Below, one piece after another: positions 18,573 through 29,307 of a DNA stretch of 64,000 nucleotides. The stretch comes from Candidatus Sulfomarinibacteraceae bacterium. GTDB taxonomy: Bacteria; Acidobacteriota; Thermoanaerobaculia; Thermoanaerobaculales; Sulfomarinibacteraceae. The position numbers were made by a program, and so were the translations under genes. The notes under the pieces are model-generated. The model worked only from the letters and a program-made list of their open reading frames with translations. It had not been told where the DNA came from and searched no databases. The stretch covers positions 156,087-220,086 of the forward strand of contig CAWCLO010000006.1 in the NCBI GenBank assembly GCA_963796455.1. Direction: 5' to 3'. Position 1 is the stretch's first letter, and each line of letters opens with the position of its first letter.

Positions 18573-19127
18573 GTGGAGAAGCTCAACCCGTCACGCATCA
18601 TCACAACCATCGCCGTCGTCGTGCTGGTCGTTGGCGCAGCTCTTTTCTATTTCTTCCGAACGACCCTCACGTCGGAGGGGCTTTACAACGTTCAACAGGC
18701 GATCGGCATGAACCCGTCACCTCCCGAACGCCACATCGTGGCGGAAGGTTTCAACGGGTGGGCGGTGCTGCAATACGGTGTCGAGGGAGCACCCGAACTC
18801 GTGACCGCCGACAACGTGATCGTCATTGAGTACCCCCCGTCGGGCCGCCTTCAGACATCGACACCACCGGCCGATAACAATGGTCTCCTGCACAAGGGAT
18901 ACTATGAAAAACACGGGGATTCGGTGGTGCCGCTCGAGCGCCTCAGCTCCATCTGGGGCGAGTACACGTTGACGCGAATGATCGACGACGAGGGGGAAGT
19001 CCACGGCCGCTCAGTCGGATTCTTCGTCGGCAGCCTGTCGGAATTCAGAGACAACCCCCGCCCGGGCCGGAGGTCGAGGTCGAGGTCGAGGTCGAGGAGA
19101 TTCAGTCCACGCCTGTGCCCGACGTGA
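18573..19127 (+). CDS. Hypothetical N-terminally anchored protein with RS-repeat tail
   Basis: GTG start behind GGAGGGGG. One TM helix (IITTIAVVVLVVGAALFYFF). C-terminal RRSRSRSRSRR is encoded by a hexamer repeat. The 3' end overlaps the convergent gene by 26 nt. Confidence 0.55.
   Translation: MEKLNPSRIITTIAVVVLVVGAALFYFFRTTLTSEGLYNVQQAIGMNPSPPERHIVAEGFNGWAVLQYGVEGAPELVTADNVIVIEYPPSGRLQTSTPPADNNGLLHKGYYEKHGDSVVPLERLSSIWGEYTLTRMIDDEGEVHGRSVGFFVGSLSEFRDNPRPGRRSRSRSRSRRFSPRLCPT
19071..19097. repeat. Tandem hexamer (AGGTCG)x4 + AGG
   Basis: Seen directly. Encodes RSRSRSRS in 18573..19127 and ends 4 nt from the stop of the convergent gene (19102). Confidence 0.9.
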
Positions 19128-20202
19128 CTGCGGGTTCGACCTGATCGACGATCAGCCGAAGATTGTCTTCCGATCTCAAAAGCGCTTCGAGCAATCGGAG
19201 CTGCGCGCGGGTGCGGCGCAGATTGTGTTCCTTGTCTTCCACAGGGTAGTAGCGATCACCGTCGAGAAAATCCGCCAGAAAACGCAGCGCCTGCTCGTAG
19301 GTGATGACGATGGCTCCATCGACCAACTTCGATCGTTCATGAGCCGTCAACCACCCTGATGAACCATCTACATAGCCTGCGGCCAGCTCGCGAAAAACAT
19401 CGTCGCGAACACCGATCCGCCCTAAATCGGCTTCATCCTCGGGGAGGCCGCTGACCGCCGAACGCACCAGATCGCCGAAATCGTGAGCCGCTCGACCCGG
19501 CATCACCGTGTCGAGATCGACCACGCACAGAGCCTCCCCCGTTTCTTCGTCCACCAACACATTGTCGAGCTTGGCATCGTTGTGGACCCAACGGATCAAT
19601 CCGCCGTCAAGGGGCAGCCGGACGGCAAGTGAAGCAAGATCGAGTAACCGACGGCACTCGAACCGACACGATTCGAATCGCTCCCCCCTTGAAGCGGCCC
19701 TTTCCCGAAGAGCATCGAGACGGGCCGGTGTGTCGTGAAACCCAGGGAGAATCTCCCTCGGTTCACGCCCGACACCGTCGGCGACGAGACCCGGAAACCG
19801 CCCCAGAGCCCGCGCCGCGGAACGAATCTCTGCAGGCTTCGAGGCGTCGGGGGGCCGCGATTCCGGCACCTGAACCGACACCCGCCAGACCGCACCATCA
19901 TCATCACGAAACCACGGTCTCTCATGCGGGCCCGCGAGATAGATCAGCCGGTGGCGCGGTTCGTCATCGCCGAGAAGGTGGAGGGCGCTGTCCACCCTTG
20001 AAGCGGCGGCCGCGGCATTTTCGGCCATCGCCTCGGGTTCGGGAAACACACGGGCATTCAACTGTTGAAGGAGCCGGCCCTGATCACCGATTTGGACCAA
20101 CCAGCTGGAGTGAATCAGACCCGAACCGAAGGATTCAATTCTTCCAGCGAAGGCCTCGATGCCAAAGGCCTCGGCGGCCCGACGAAGTGCCCGGTAGTCC
20201 AC
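19102..20202 (-). CDS. Phosphotransferase of the APH/choline-kinase fold (NahK-like sugar or small-molecule kinase)
   Basis: Brenner/catalytic region VHNDAKLDNVLVDEETGEALCVVDLDTVMPG. GTG start. Confidence 0.8.
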   Translation of the reverse strand: MDYRALRRAAEAFGIEAFAGRIESFGSGLIHSSWLVQIGDQGRLLQQLNARVFPEPEAMAENAAAAASRVDSALHLLGDDEPRHRLIYLAGPHERPWFRDDDGAVWRVSVQVPESRPPDASKPAEIRSAARALGRFPGLVADGVGREPREILPGFHDTPARLDALRERAASRGERFESCRFECRRLLDLASLAVRLPLDGGLIRWVHNDAKLDNVLVDEETGEALCVVDLDTVMPGRAAHDFGDLVRSAVSGLPEDEADLGRIGVRDDVFRELAAGYVDGSSGWLTAHERSKLVDGAIVITYEQALRFLADFLDGDRYYPVEDKEHNLRRTRAQLRLLEALLRSEDNLRLIVDQVEPAVTSGTGVD

Positions 20203-20226
20203 AAATCACATTGTGACATCGCCGCC

Positions 20227-20255
20227 AAAAAAAGGGGCCGCCCGAAGGCGGCCCC
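20227..20255 (-). terminator. Rho-independent terminator of the TonB-dependent receptor gene
   Basis: GGGGCCGCC-TTCG-GGCGGCCCC hairpin followed by T7 on the minus strand, 42 nt downstream of the receptor stop. Confidence 0.8.
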
Positions 20256-20296
20256 ACCCAAGGTGGTACCGATCACCTGTGCCTGTTGGTGATGGT

Positions 20297-23200
20297 TCAG
20301 AATTCGAACTTGAGGGTCAGGCGGAGCTCACGCGGCGCCTGATATGCATTGTCGAGGCCGTAGCGGACATCCAGAGCCTCCGGACCGAGCGACGCCAGAA
20401 GCGCTGCATAGCTGTAACCGCTATGCACATCGTCGGCGGTGATTGGAGCATCCTGGGTGGCAGTCTTGTTCGCAGTGTCGAAAGCACGGTGTCCTGGTCA
20501 AACAGGTTGAGCACGGTCAGACCGACGGTGAAGCCCATTCCGTCGCCAAAGGTGAAGGTGTAGAAGAGCGAGAGGTCGGTCTGGGTGAGCCATGCGGTGC
20601 CGGCCCAGATCGCCGCGCCCGTAGGGATAGAACTCGTTGCCGATGGGAACGGTTCCGTAGGTGGTGAGAGGGGTTCCACTGCCGATGTACTGGTTGACAC
20701 CGACGTTGAAGCCGATCGGGAAGCTGTAGAGGAACTGCGCCCCGAGCTGATGGGTCCGGTCCGTCGGCAGCTCGCCGTAGACGTGCTTTCCATCCTCATC
20801 GTAATAACCGAAGACCGAGTCGTAGAGACGGCTGACGTTTGGCGAACGACGGGCTCCGGTCTCGGTTGTGAACCGGGGGCTGTAGACGCTGTTCATCTCG
20901 TCCGAGTTGGCGAGACCAGAGTAGTTGCCGTAGAGGCGGCTGAGGGTGTAATAGGCCCGCAGCGACCAGTTGTCGGCAAAACGCTTATCGAAGGTCAACT
21001 CGAGCGCGTCGTATTCACGCTGCGGTTTCGGGAAGTAGAGACCCTCGTCGGTCGGACCGGCGGTGATGCCCTCTCCCGGGTTGCCGATGACATAGACCTC
21101 ACCGATGCCGGGATAGAGGAAACCGATGTCCTCGATCGAACGGGTGATCTCTTTGTGGACGATCCGGGCTCCGAGCTGAATGTCGGAGTTCAGCTGGTGG
21201 TCCACGCCGATTTGGTACTCGTAGTTCTCCATCGGTTTGATGTCGGGATCGACCAGCGGCACGCCGATGGCTTGCCACTCCGCCGGATCGGCGGCGTTGT
21301 GACGGCGGTCGACCGCCTCGACGAAGGTACCGGCGCCGCAATCGGGGCGATCGTTGATCGTGTTGTCACCTACGCGGCAACCGGTGGCGGTATTGAGCCC
21401 AGGATCAGCGATATCGAATGTATAGACAAAATCGACCCACTTGTTGCCACCAAACGAACCGCGCGGCATCTCGTACTTGGTCACATCGTAGTATTTGCCC
21501 AGCGAACCATAGAGCTTCCACTTGGCGTTGTTCTGGATGTCCCAGGCAAAACCGAGACGCGGGGCGATCTTCTCGCCGAAGTTGAACTCGATCGCCGGAT
21601 CGGGGCCGGTGGCGCCGAAGTTCGGGATCGCCTCATGCTCGGAACGGATGCCGAGGTTGAGGGTCAGGTTGGGCAGCACACTCCATGCATCCTGGATGAA
21701 GAGCGCCTCGTTGTTGGTTTCGACATTTCCGAATTCCGAGATTCGATAGATCCGGAAATAGCCGTAATCCCCGCTCACGCTTTCGGAAGAGGTCGTGGTG
21801 TAAGAACGGTCCCAATAGTAACGAACGCGATCTGAGTTGTAGCCCGAGAGCACGTCGTTGGCGATCTTCTCATTCTGGTAACCGAACTTGAGCGAGTGGT
21901 CGCCCGCACCCTGGAAGTACGCCGTGGCGTCGAGCGCGACCGCGGTCCGCTCGTAGATGTCACGGATATCAACGCCGGTCTGCAGGTTATCGCTCAACCA
22001 GCCGGCTCCCTGTTGCCACTGTGCTGGAATCTCGGGATGACGGTCGACAAATCCCGAAATGCTGGTGGTGTCGTAGTTGTGGATGAGGTCGAACAGAGGG
22101 ACGCCGGTGTCCTCGCTATTGGTCTTGTAGTAACCCACGCGGCCGCTAACGACGAAGTTGTCGCTCGCGATCCAGTCGGCGTTCAAATAATAGGTCTCAC
22201 GTTCGCCTTTTTCGCCGAGCGGCGCATAGTTGTCCTGATCCGGTAGGTCCGCACGACCATCGGGGTTGGGGAGCAGGCCATCGGTCTCGTAGGGCGAGAG
22301 GTTGAGACCGCCCTTCAACAGCAGCGCGCTCGAGATATTGGCCGTCAGGTTGGCCGTCAAATAGTCGACCTGGAAGTCCGACTTGTAGGTCTGGGGGTCG
22401 AAGCTCACCCAGTCGACATAACGCTCGGTGGTGCGGATGCCGGGCATATAGGACGCAAAGAACCACAAGCGATCGCGAAGGATCGGGCCGCCGATCGAGA
22501 AGCCCGGGTCCCAGCGAGTTTCGTCGTCCTTCTTGTAGGTCTCGTGACCGGCCTGGGTCGGATCGTCGAGGTCGTACTCGATCTCCGGCCGCTGCGCGCC
22601 GTTCCACGAGTTGTCTTCGTAGTCGACGAAGAGCGAGCCGTGGAACTCGTTCGAGCCCGATCTGGTCACGGCGTTGACCACGCCGCCCATGGCGCCGCCG
22701 AACTCGGCCATATAACCCGCTGACTTGACCTGGACCTCTTCCATCATCTCGGCACGGATCGGCACCGAGCTTTCGCCGATCTGGGGGATCGGTGGTATCG
22801 AGGCCGTCGATGATGAAGCGGTTTTCGAGACCAGAGGCGCCATCGATCATGATGCCGCCGCCCTGGTCGTTCTGCGCCGCGCCGGCCGCAAAACTCACCA
22901 CGTCGGTGAAGTCACGACCGCGTGGAAGGTGGTCGATCTCCCACTCGCGGACGCTGAGCTCGGTCTGGCTCTCGGTGAAGTCGATGGAAACCGTGTCGGC
23001 ATAAACGTTGATCTCCTCCGAAAAGGCCTGTTGCAGTGAGAAGTTGACGGTGGTTGCCTGACCGAGCGCCACGTTGACCGCGGTTTCGGCGGGTTGGAAG
23101 CCCTCGAAGGTCGTGGCGACCGTGTACTGGCCCGGGGCCAGCCGCGGAAAGCGGTAACGCCCGTCATCGCCGGAGACGGTCGACACCGTTCCGACCCCTC

Positions 23201-23360
23201 CGGTTGCGTTGACGATGGCGCCGGCAATCGGCGAACCATACTCGTCTCCGACCAGGCCTTTGATTCCGCCGGTCGTCTCCTGCGCCGACAATCCTCCAGC
23301 GAAGATCACGGCCACCGCGACAATTATCCATAGCACCCGAGACACACTCGAATTTTTCAT
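20297..23360 (-). pseudogene. TonB-dependent receptor with N-terminal carboxypeptidase-regulatory-like domain; three frame breaks (pseudogene or indel errors)
   Basis: N-terminus in ORF 22197..23474 from ATG 23360 (AGGAGG RBS, signal peptide, CarboxypepD_reg GGIKGLV..DDGRYRFPRLAPGQYTV, plug). Barrel in ORF 20498..22843. ...TDLSLFYTFTFGDGMGFTVGLTVLNLFDQDTV is in a third frame. Canonical end RELRLTLKFEF-stop at 20297. Breaks near 22783-22787 (G5 run), ~20608 and ~20481-20483 (A3 run). Confidence 0.85.
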
Positions 23361-23574
23361 ACCGCTACCTCCTTTTCCTTCCACGGGAGACGAAGGCCCG
23401 TTCTGTCCGACGCCTGACGACCCGATCGAGCCGAAACCGGTCGGACGACATTCGTTCCCTGGGAAGAACCGCACGAGTGGATGTAAAAACGCGCAGCCAG
23501 GGTCAGGAGGGTGGGGATGGGGCCACGGACACGGACGCTTTATGCGGAATCGGTCGCGTCAGAAACGACGCCGA

Positions 23575-26011
23575 CTACCAGTTTGGCGACACGGCTTCGG
23601 TCGCCCAATCATCCGAAGCCTCAGCGTTCTCGGGTTGTTGGTCGAGGCGTCGACGAACCTTGTCGGCAATCACCTCGAACTCCGGGAGGCCGCGCAGGGG
23701 GTCGAGGCCGGTTTCTTTGAAGAAGTCATTGTGTGCAAAACCGAGATCGAGCGCCTGTTGGAGCCGGCGCAGGGCCTCTTTGGTCTCACCCTGGCGAGCG
23801 AGATTGCACGCGAAATTGTAAAGCGTGAATTCGAAATCCGGAAAATTCTCGATGATCTCGCTCTCCGCCGTCACCACCTCTTCGAACAGCTCGCGCGCCC
23901 CATCCAGATCGTCGGTGTGGAGTTTGACCGTTGCAGCGATATCCAGGGCGAGGTAGTAGGAACGATCTCTGGGGCCCCCGAGGTCTTTCAGGATGGCCAC
24001 ACCCTGCTCGACCAGGGGAAGCGCCTCTTCGCTCTCACCGAGCCAATCCAGCGTACGACGCGTAATTGACGAGGGTCCTGACCTTTGTATACGAATCCGG
24101 GCCGGAGAATCCTCCCCGCACCATCTCGGTTTGCTCGAGGAGCGTTTTCGCCAACTCGAGGTCCCCGCATGCCACCGCCAGCGCGCTGCATGCGGAGAGG
24201 GCGCTCTCGATGTCGGGGTTTCCCAAGCCGTTTCCATCCATCGTCACATGACCGACTCGTTCACTCATCTCCAGCGCTTGCTCGCGGTCTTCCGTCAGAA
24301 AGTAGGCGATGGCGAGTCGTTCGAGACTCATGATGATGTCTGGGTGGCCCGCCGGGAGCACCTCGTCTCGAATGGTAAGAGCCTCAACATGGGTGAGTAG
24401 GGCCCGCTCGTCCATCTCGAGATCGAAATACAGATCCCCGAGATGGGAAAGACTCGTTGCATAGTCCGGGTGGATGGGTCCGAGATGGCGGCGCCGAATC
24501 GCGGCCCGACTCCTCGAGCAGCTCTCGCGCCTGATCGAACTCGCCCAGGCCGCCGTAGGAGACACCGAGAGCCATCAGGACCCGGGCCCGAGCAAGCGGC
24601 TCATTGGCGAGCTTGATCCGGGGGTGCTGCAACCCGCGGTCGAGGATTTCACGCGGACTCGTGGTCTGCCCCAGCCGCGAGGCGGGCTCAGATCGATGAT
24701 GGTGGTTTCGATGAACTCGGCGACAGGGGTCGAGGTCTCAGCTTCTCTTCGCGCCCGGTTCATCCCCAAGGTCGTGCCGAGGATCGCGGCCAACAGCGCC
24801 GCGACCACCAGGGTTCCGGCGGCAACCGCGAGGCGGTTCCTGCGGACGTACTTCCCCAGTCGATAGAGCACACTCGGCGGCCCCGCCGCCACCGGCCGGT
24901 GGCGTATATGTCGCGCGATGTCTTCGGGAAATTCCGCCGGTGATCCGTAGCGTCGCGAACGGTCCTTGTCGAGGACTTTGAGGACGATCCAGTCGAGGTC
25001 GCCCTGGAGCTGCTTCATGAGCGCTGCCGGTATCCATCGCCGTTCCGCGCAGCGCGCCGTGCGGCGCGACCCGCAGGCGGCTCACCCAGCGTCGCTCGGC
25101 GTGGGCGGCTCCACCTCGCGGATGATCCGCTGGATCTCGTCGAAGCCGGCCTCCCGGAGCGTCTCTTCGCGGTCGAACGGCGGTGCGCCGGTGAGCAGCT
25201 CGTAGAGGAGCACGCCCAGCGAGTAGACGTCGCGTGCGCGTATCGACGTCGACGCTCGCTCAGCTCGGCCTGCTCCGGGCTCATGTAGTCCGGGGTGCCG
25301 ATCAGCTGGCCGAGCTCGGTGTAGAGCGTGCTGCTCCGTCAGCGGCGGTGCGATCGCCTTGGCGATGCCGAAGTCGATGACCTTCGGGACCGGCGTCGCC
25401 GTCCTGCAGCGTGACCAGGATGTTGCGAGGGTTTCAGGTCGCGGTGGATCACGCCCTTCTGGTGGGCGTGCTGGACCCCGCGCAGACTGCGAGAACAGAC
25501 TCCAGCCGCTCGTGCAGACCGAAGCCGGTGGTCGTCGCAGTACTCGGTGATGCGGCAGCCCTCCACAAACTCCATCGCGAAGTATGGACGGCCATGCTCG
25601 GTCGCGCCGGCGTCGAAGACCATGGCGATGTTCGGGTGGTCCATCAGCGCCAGGGCCTGGCGTTCGATCTCGAAGCGGCGACAGCACCTGCCGGGTGTCC
25701 ATCCCCCACTTGACGAGTTTGAGCGCCACCCTGCGTTGGACCGGCGACTCCTGCTGCTGCTTCCCAGACCTCGCCCATCCCGCCCTCGCCCAGGCGGCGC
25801 ACGACACGAAAATCTCCGATCATCGTCGGGTTTGCTGCCGTCTGTTCGGCTCGTTCAGCTCATCGTCGAGAGTCAACAGGTATTCCACCTCGCGCCGAAG
25901 ATCCGCGTCGGGATCGCAGGATTTTTCAAGAAACTCCGCCCGCTCGCTTCCCGCCAGTCCCTTGGCGCAGGAGAAGATCTTCTTCGCCCGTTGGTGGTTC
26001 TCGGTCGTCAT
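23575..26011 (-). pseudogene. Ser/Thr protein kinase with TM segment and C-terminal TPR repeats; at least 10 frame breaks
   Basis: Pieces lie in ORFs 25820..26065, 25082..25807, 25339..25644, 25015..25284, 24575..25018, 24384..24632, 24035..24565 and 23575..24237. Stitched, they read [63 protein letters not shown], then TPR. The ATG overlaps the sigma-factor stop (ATGA). Confidence 0.8.
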
Positions 26012-26662
26012 TCTTCCGGCTCTCCCACCAGTTCCCGAAAGAGCCAGACTCGCGCATGGAGCCAATCGTTGTTGACCGTTCGTGGCGAGACCTCGAGGAC
26101 ATGGGCAATCTGCTCGATCGTCAGACCGCCGAAGAACCGCATGGTCACGACAGCGGCCTGCCGTTGGTCGAGTTCGGCCAGTTTGTCGACCGCTCGGTTG
26201 AGCGATAACAACTGGTCGTAATCGAAGAGTTCACGGCCGGGGCTGGTCAGCGCGGCCGTCAGCGCGACACGCTCCCAGGATCTCCCCCTCTTGACCGCCG
26301 CCCGGTCGCGGGCATGATTGATCAGGAGGCGTCGCATGACCCGTGCTCCCACGGCCAGGAAGTGGGTCCGCCCCTTCCGACGTGGCGCGGGTCTGATCCA
26401 CCAGCTTGAGGTAAGCCTCGTGAACCAATGCAGTCGGCTGCAAGGTGTGGCCCGGATTCTCGCGGCTCATGAACTTGCCCGCGATCCTTCGCATCTCGTC
26501 GTAAACATAGGGAAAGAGATCTTCGGCCGACGGAGAATCGGTGCCGTCGGCCTCGGCGTAGCGTTCGACACAATCCGTAACGATCTTTCGCGTAGCGGCG
26601 TTCGTTTCAATTTCGAACGGCACCAGATTTTCGTCGTCGCGAGATGGTCCAGAGTCCGTCAT
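26008..26662 (-). pseudogene. ECF sigma factor of the kinase-associated type (TIGR02999-like); one frame break
   Basis: Region 2 (HTLQPTALVHEAYLKLVDQ) is in ORF 26231..26938. After a shift near 26375-26400 the frame continues as GRTHFLAVGARVMRRLLINHARDR...RQAAVVTMRFFGGLTIEQIAHVLEVSPRTVNNDW (region 4) in ORF 26008..26352. Start at 26662 is tentative. Confidence 0.75.
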
Positions 26663-26906
26663 GGTCTCACCAACAGACCGAATGGTATCAGGTTGCGCCA
26701 TTTCCTGAAAAACGGGGCGAGCATAGACGAGGTCTCGGGTGCTCATGAGAACACACCCACCGGACCCCTGAAAATAGCACCTGAGTCGATCGTCGTGCCG
26801 TACGCACTGGAAGAAAAAAGGCATGGCGTAGGTCTCCCTTTCTTTGACGCACGAAAAGGAGGGGAAACACGCAACCTTCGCCGCCGGCGTCAACAGGGGA
26901 TATGTG

Positions 26907-28853
26907 ATGATCATGAATAACGATTTACCGAATATCATCCGTCAACTCTTCTCGCTGTTCGCCGTGTTCACGGCGATGCTCTGCTCTTTCATATCCTCCG
27001 CTTCCGAGATCCACGATCAGATCCCGGGCGAGAACCCCCAGGCGATCCGGTCGCTCCTCGCTGCCGACCCGGACCTCGTCAACCAACGCGATGAAAACGG
27101 CCGGACACCACTCCACATCGCCTGTCGAGGCGACCACCCGGAAACCGTCAAGCTCCTGGTCTCGGCGGGGGCCGATGTCAACGCCGCCGACGACTACCAG
27201 AGCAGACCGATTCACTTCCTCGCCTACCGGAATCTCGTTGCATCGATGCGGGTGTTGCTCGACAACAAGGCCGACATCAACGTGCAGAACCACGGCATGA
27301 ATACACCCCTCCACTATGCGGCGTTGGCCGATCACGAGGCGGCGGCAGCTCTTCTGGTGGCTGCAGGTGCCGGTCTCGAGATCACCGACGACTATGGACG
27401 CACCCCATTGATTGTGTGCGCCAGGGAGGACGGTGGCGCCGGGACCGCCAAGATCCTGCTCGAAGCCGGCGCCGATGTCTCGGCGAAAGACATCCACGAT
27501 GACGACGCGCTGATGCTCGCTGCCTGGCGGGGCAAAAAAGACGTGGTCGATCTCCTGCTCGACGCCGGGGGCGCCGTTCCCAAAAAGGGCCCCGATTCTC
27601 GGACCCTCTTCCGGTACGCAGCAGAAAACGGGCTGACGAGACTATTCAAAAACCTCGTGACGGCCGGGGGAGACCCGGTATTCATTCTTGACAGCGGCGG
27701 CACCCTGGCTCATCTGGCGGCCGCCGGCGGTTCGCTCGAAATCCTCAGGGGACTCGCCGCCCGTGGTTTGGACATCGACGCTCGGGACGACAACGGGTGG
27801 ACCCCGCTCCACTATGCGGCCCGCGACGGACGGGTCGAGTGCGTACGGTGGTTGTGCGGGGAGAAAACCGAGATCGACGCCCGCACCCTTCAAGGCCAGA
27901 CGGCCTACAACATCGCTCTCGAACGCGGGATGTCTCAGACTGTGGAGACCTTGAGAGCGGCCGGTGCCGATATGGGGCCCATGCAATTTCCAGAAATTCG
28001 GGGGCCTTATCTCGGTCTGAAACCGCCGGGCGGAACCCCCAGAGTATTTGCCCGGGGAATCGTTTCCTCGGTGTGGAGCCTGCACAGCTCAGTTGCATTT
28101 TCTCCCGACGGCCGCACCGCACTCTGGTCGCCCATGGAGGGTTGGCCGGGTGAGGTCTACTCGAGGAGCAATATCATGATGCTGCGCATGCAAGGCGACC
28201 GATGGGCTCCACCCGAGTGGGCGCCATTCACCAGTGAGGATCGCGGCGATGTGGCCTTTTTCGCGCCGGACGGTAGCCGCATCTATTTCCTTTCGCGCCG
28301 AACGCTCCCCGATGAGGAGCCGTCCCAACGGGAACGGATCTGGTTCGCCGATCGCGCCGGGGACACCTGGGGCCCGGCGCAACTGGTCGACCCGATCGTC
28401 AACGACTACCCGCAGCACTGGCAGTTTTCGGTGGATGCAGCTCATACCATCTATTTCACGGCGGATCTTCCTGAGGGCCGGGGAGGCGGCGATATCTACC
28501 GGGCGACCCATGTCGACGGCAACTGGCAGCAACCGGTGAACCTCGGTTCGAGTATCAACTCCGACAAGGATGAGTCCACTCCGTTCATTGCGCCCGACGG
28601 CAGCTATCTCCTGTTCCAACGCGAGGGAGATCTCTTATTGAGCTTCCGCGCCGAATCCGGCTCGTGGACCACGCCGCAGGGCCTCGGAGCGGAGATCAAC
28701 TCGACTGATCGAGAGCTCTGTCCGCTGGCCCCGCCCGACGGGAAATACCTCTTCTTTCTCCGCTATCGCGGCGGACGGACACAGGCCTGGTGGGTCGCCG
28801 CCGATTTCATCACCGACCTGCGGCCGCAGCCTGCGGCCGCGCACGAGGAATAA
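26907..28853 (+). CDS. Secreted ankyrin-repeat protein fused to a TolB-like (PD40) beta-propeller
   Basis: Signal peptide after MIMNNDLPN. About 8 ankyrin repeats (GRTPLHIACRGDHPETVKLLVSAGADVNAAD etc.). C-terminal PD40-type repeats (FSPDGRTALWS, FFAPDGSRIYFLS, PFIAPDGSYLLFQ, LAPPDGKYLFFLR). Confidence 0.8.
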   Translation: MIMNNDLPNIIRQLFSLFAVFTAMLCSFISSASEIHDQIPGENPQAIRSLLAADPDLVNQRDENGRTPLHIACRGDHPETVKLLVSAGADVNAADDYQSRPIHFLAYRNLVASMRVLLDNKADINVQNHGMNTPLHYAALADHEAAAALLVAAGAGLEITDDYGRTPLIVCAREDGGAGTAKILLEAGADVSAKDIHDDDALMLAAWRGKKDVVDLLLDAGGAVPKKGPDSRTLFRYAAENGLTRLFKNLVTAGGDPVFILDSGGTLAHLAAAGGSLEILRGLAARGLDIDARDDNGWTPLHYAARDGRVECVRWLCGEKTEIDARTLQGQTAYNIALERGMSQTVETLRAAGADMGPMQFPEIRGPYLGLKPPGGTPRVFARGIVSSVWSLHSSVAFSPDGRTALWSPMEGWPGEVYSRSNIMMLRMQGDRWAPPEWAPFTSEDRGDVAFFAPDGSRIYFLSRRTLPDEEPSQRERIWFADRAGDTWGPAQLVDPIVNDYPQHWQFSVDAAHTIYFTADLPEGRGGGDIYRATHVDGNWQQPVNLGSSINSDKDESTPFIAPDGSYLLFQREGDLLLSFRAESGSWTTPQGLGAEINSTDRELCPLAPPDGKYLFFLRYRGGRTQAWWVAADFITDLRPQPAAAHEE

Positions 28854-28869
28854 AGCGAGAAACAACTCC

Positions 28870-29307
28870 ATGAAGATCCGGCGCACCATCGAAAAAGAGC
28901 TCGGGCCCGGCGAGATCTTCGCGCTGATCAATACCCAGGGCCACGGGGACCACACATACGGCAACCAGGTGTTTCGAGATGTCCCGATCATCGCGCACTC
29001 GAGCGTTGTGGCGACCATCGTCGACGCCGAAGGGCGCCGGGCGCAGACTGCGGCGAAGCTCGAAATGGTCCTTGCCCGTCTGGAGGACCGCCTCGACGGG
29101 GTGGAGGCTGACAGCGCGGGTTCGGAGCAGCTGCAAGCGAAAATCAGGTATTACGAGGCGATGCACCTCGGTCTCACCGACGGATTCGTGCTGACCCCAC
29201 CGACCCGGCCGACCTCTGCCGGCGGTTCTTACTCGCCGGCTTCGAGCCGCTTGAGGACCTGGATCGCGTTGTCGAAGGTCGGGTCGATCTCGAGCGCCTT
29301 GCGATAG
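28870..29307 (+). pseudogene. Remnant of an MBL-fold metallo-hydrolase gene (both ends missing)
   Basis: ALINTQGHGDHTYGNQVFRDVPIIAHS aligns with WVINTHSHFDHTGGNQVFSDATI of the full gene starting at 63662. It lacks the ~65 N-terminal residues. The 3' part runs into the convergent gene ending at 29229. Confidence 0.5.

Noticed and set aside
20585-21835. 416-aa plus-strand ORF inside the TonB-dependent receptor
   Set aside because: It is an antisense shadow. The minus strand reads canonical receptor barrel sequence.
22783-22787. Programmed ribosomal frameshifting at the G5/C5 run in the receptor gene (and at other break sites)
   Set aside because: There is no slippery heptamer plus downstream structure. 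Receptors, kinases and amidases are not known to use recoding. The number of breaks per gene (up to >10) is incompatible with programmed events.
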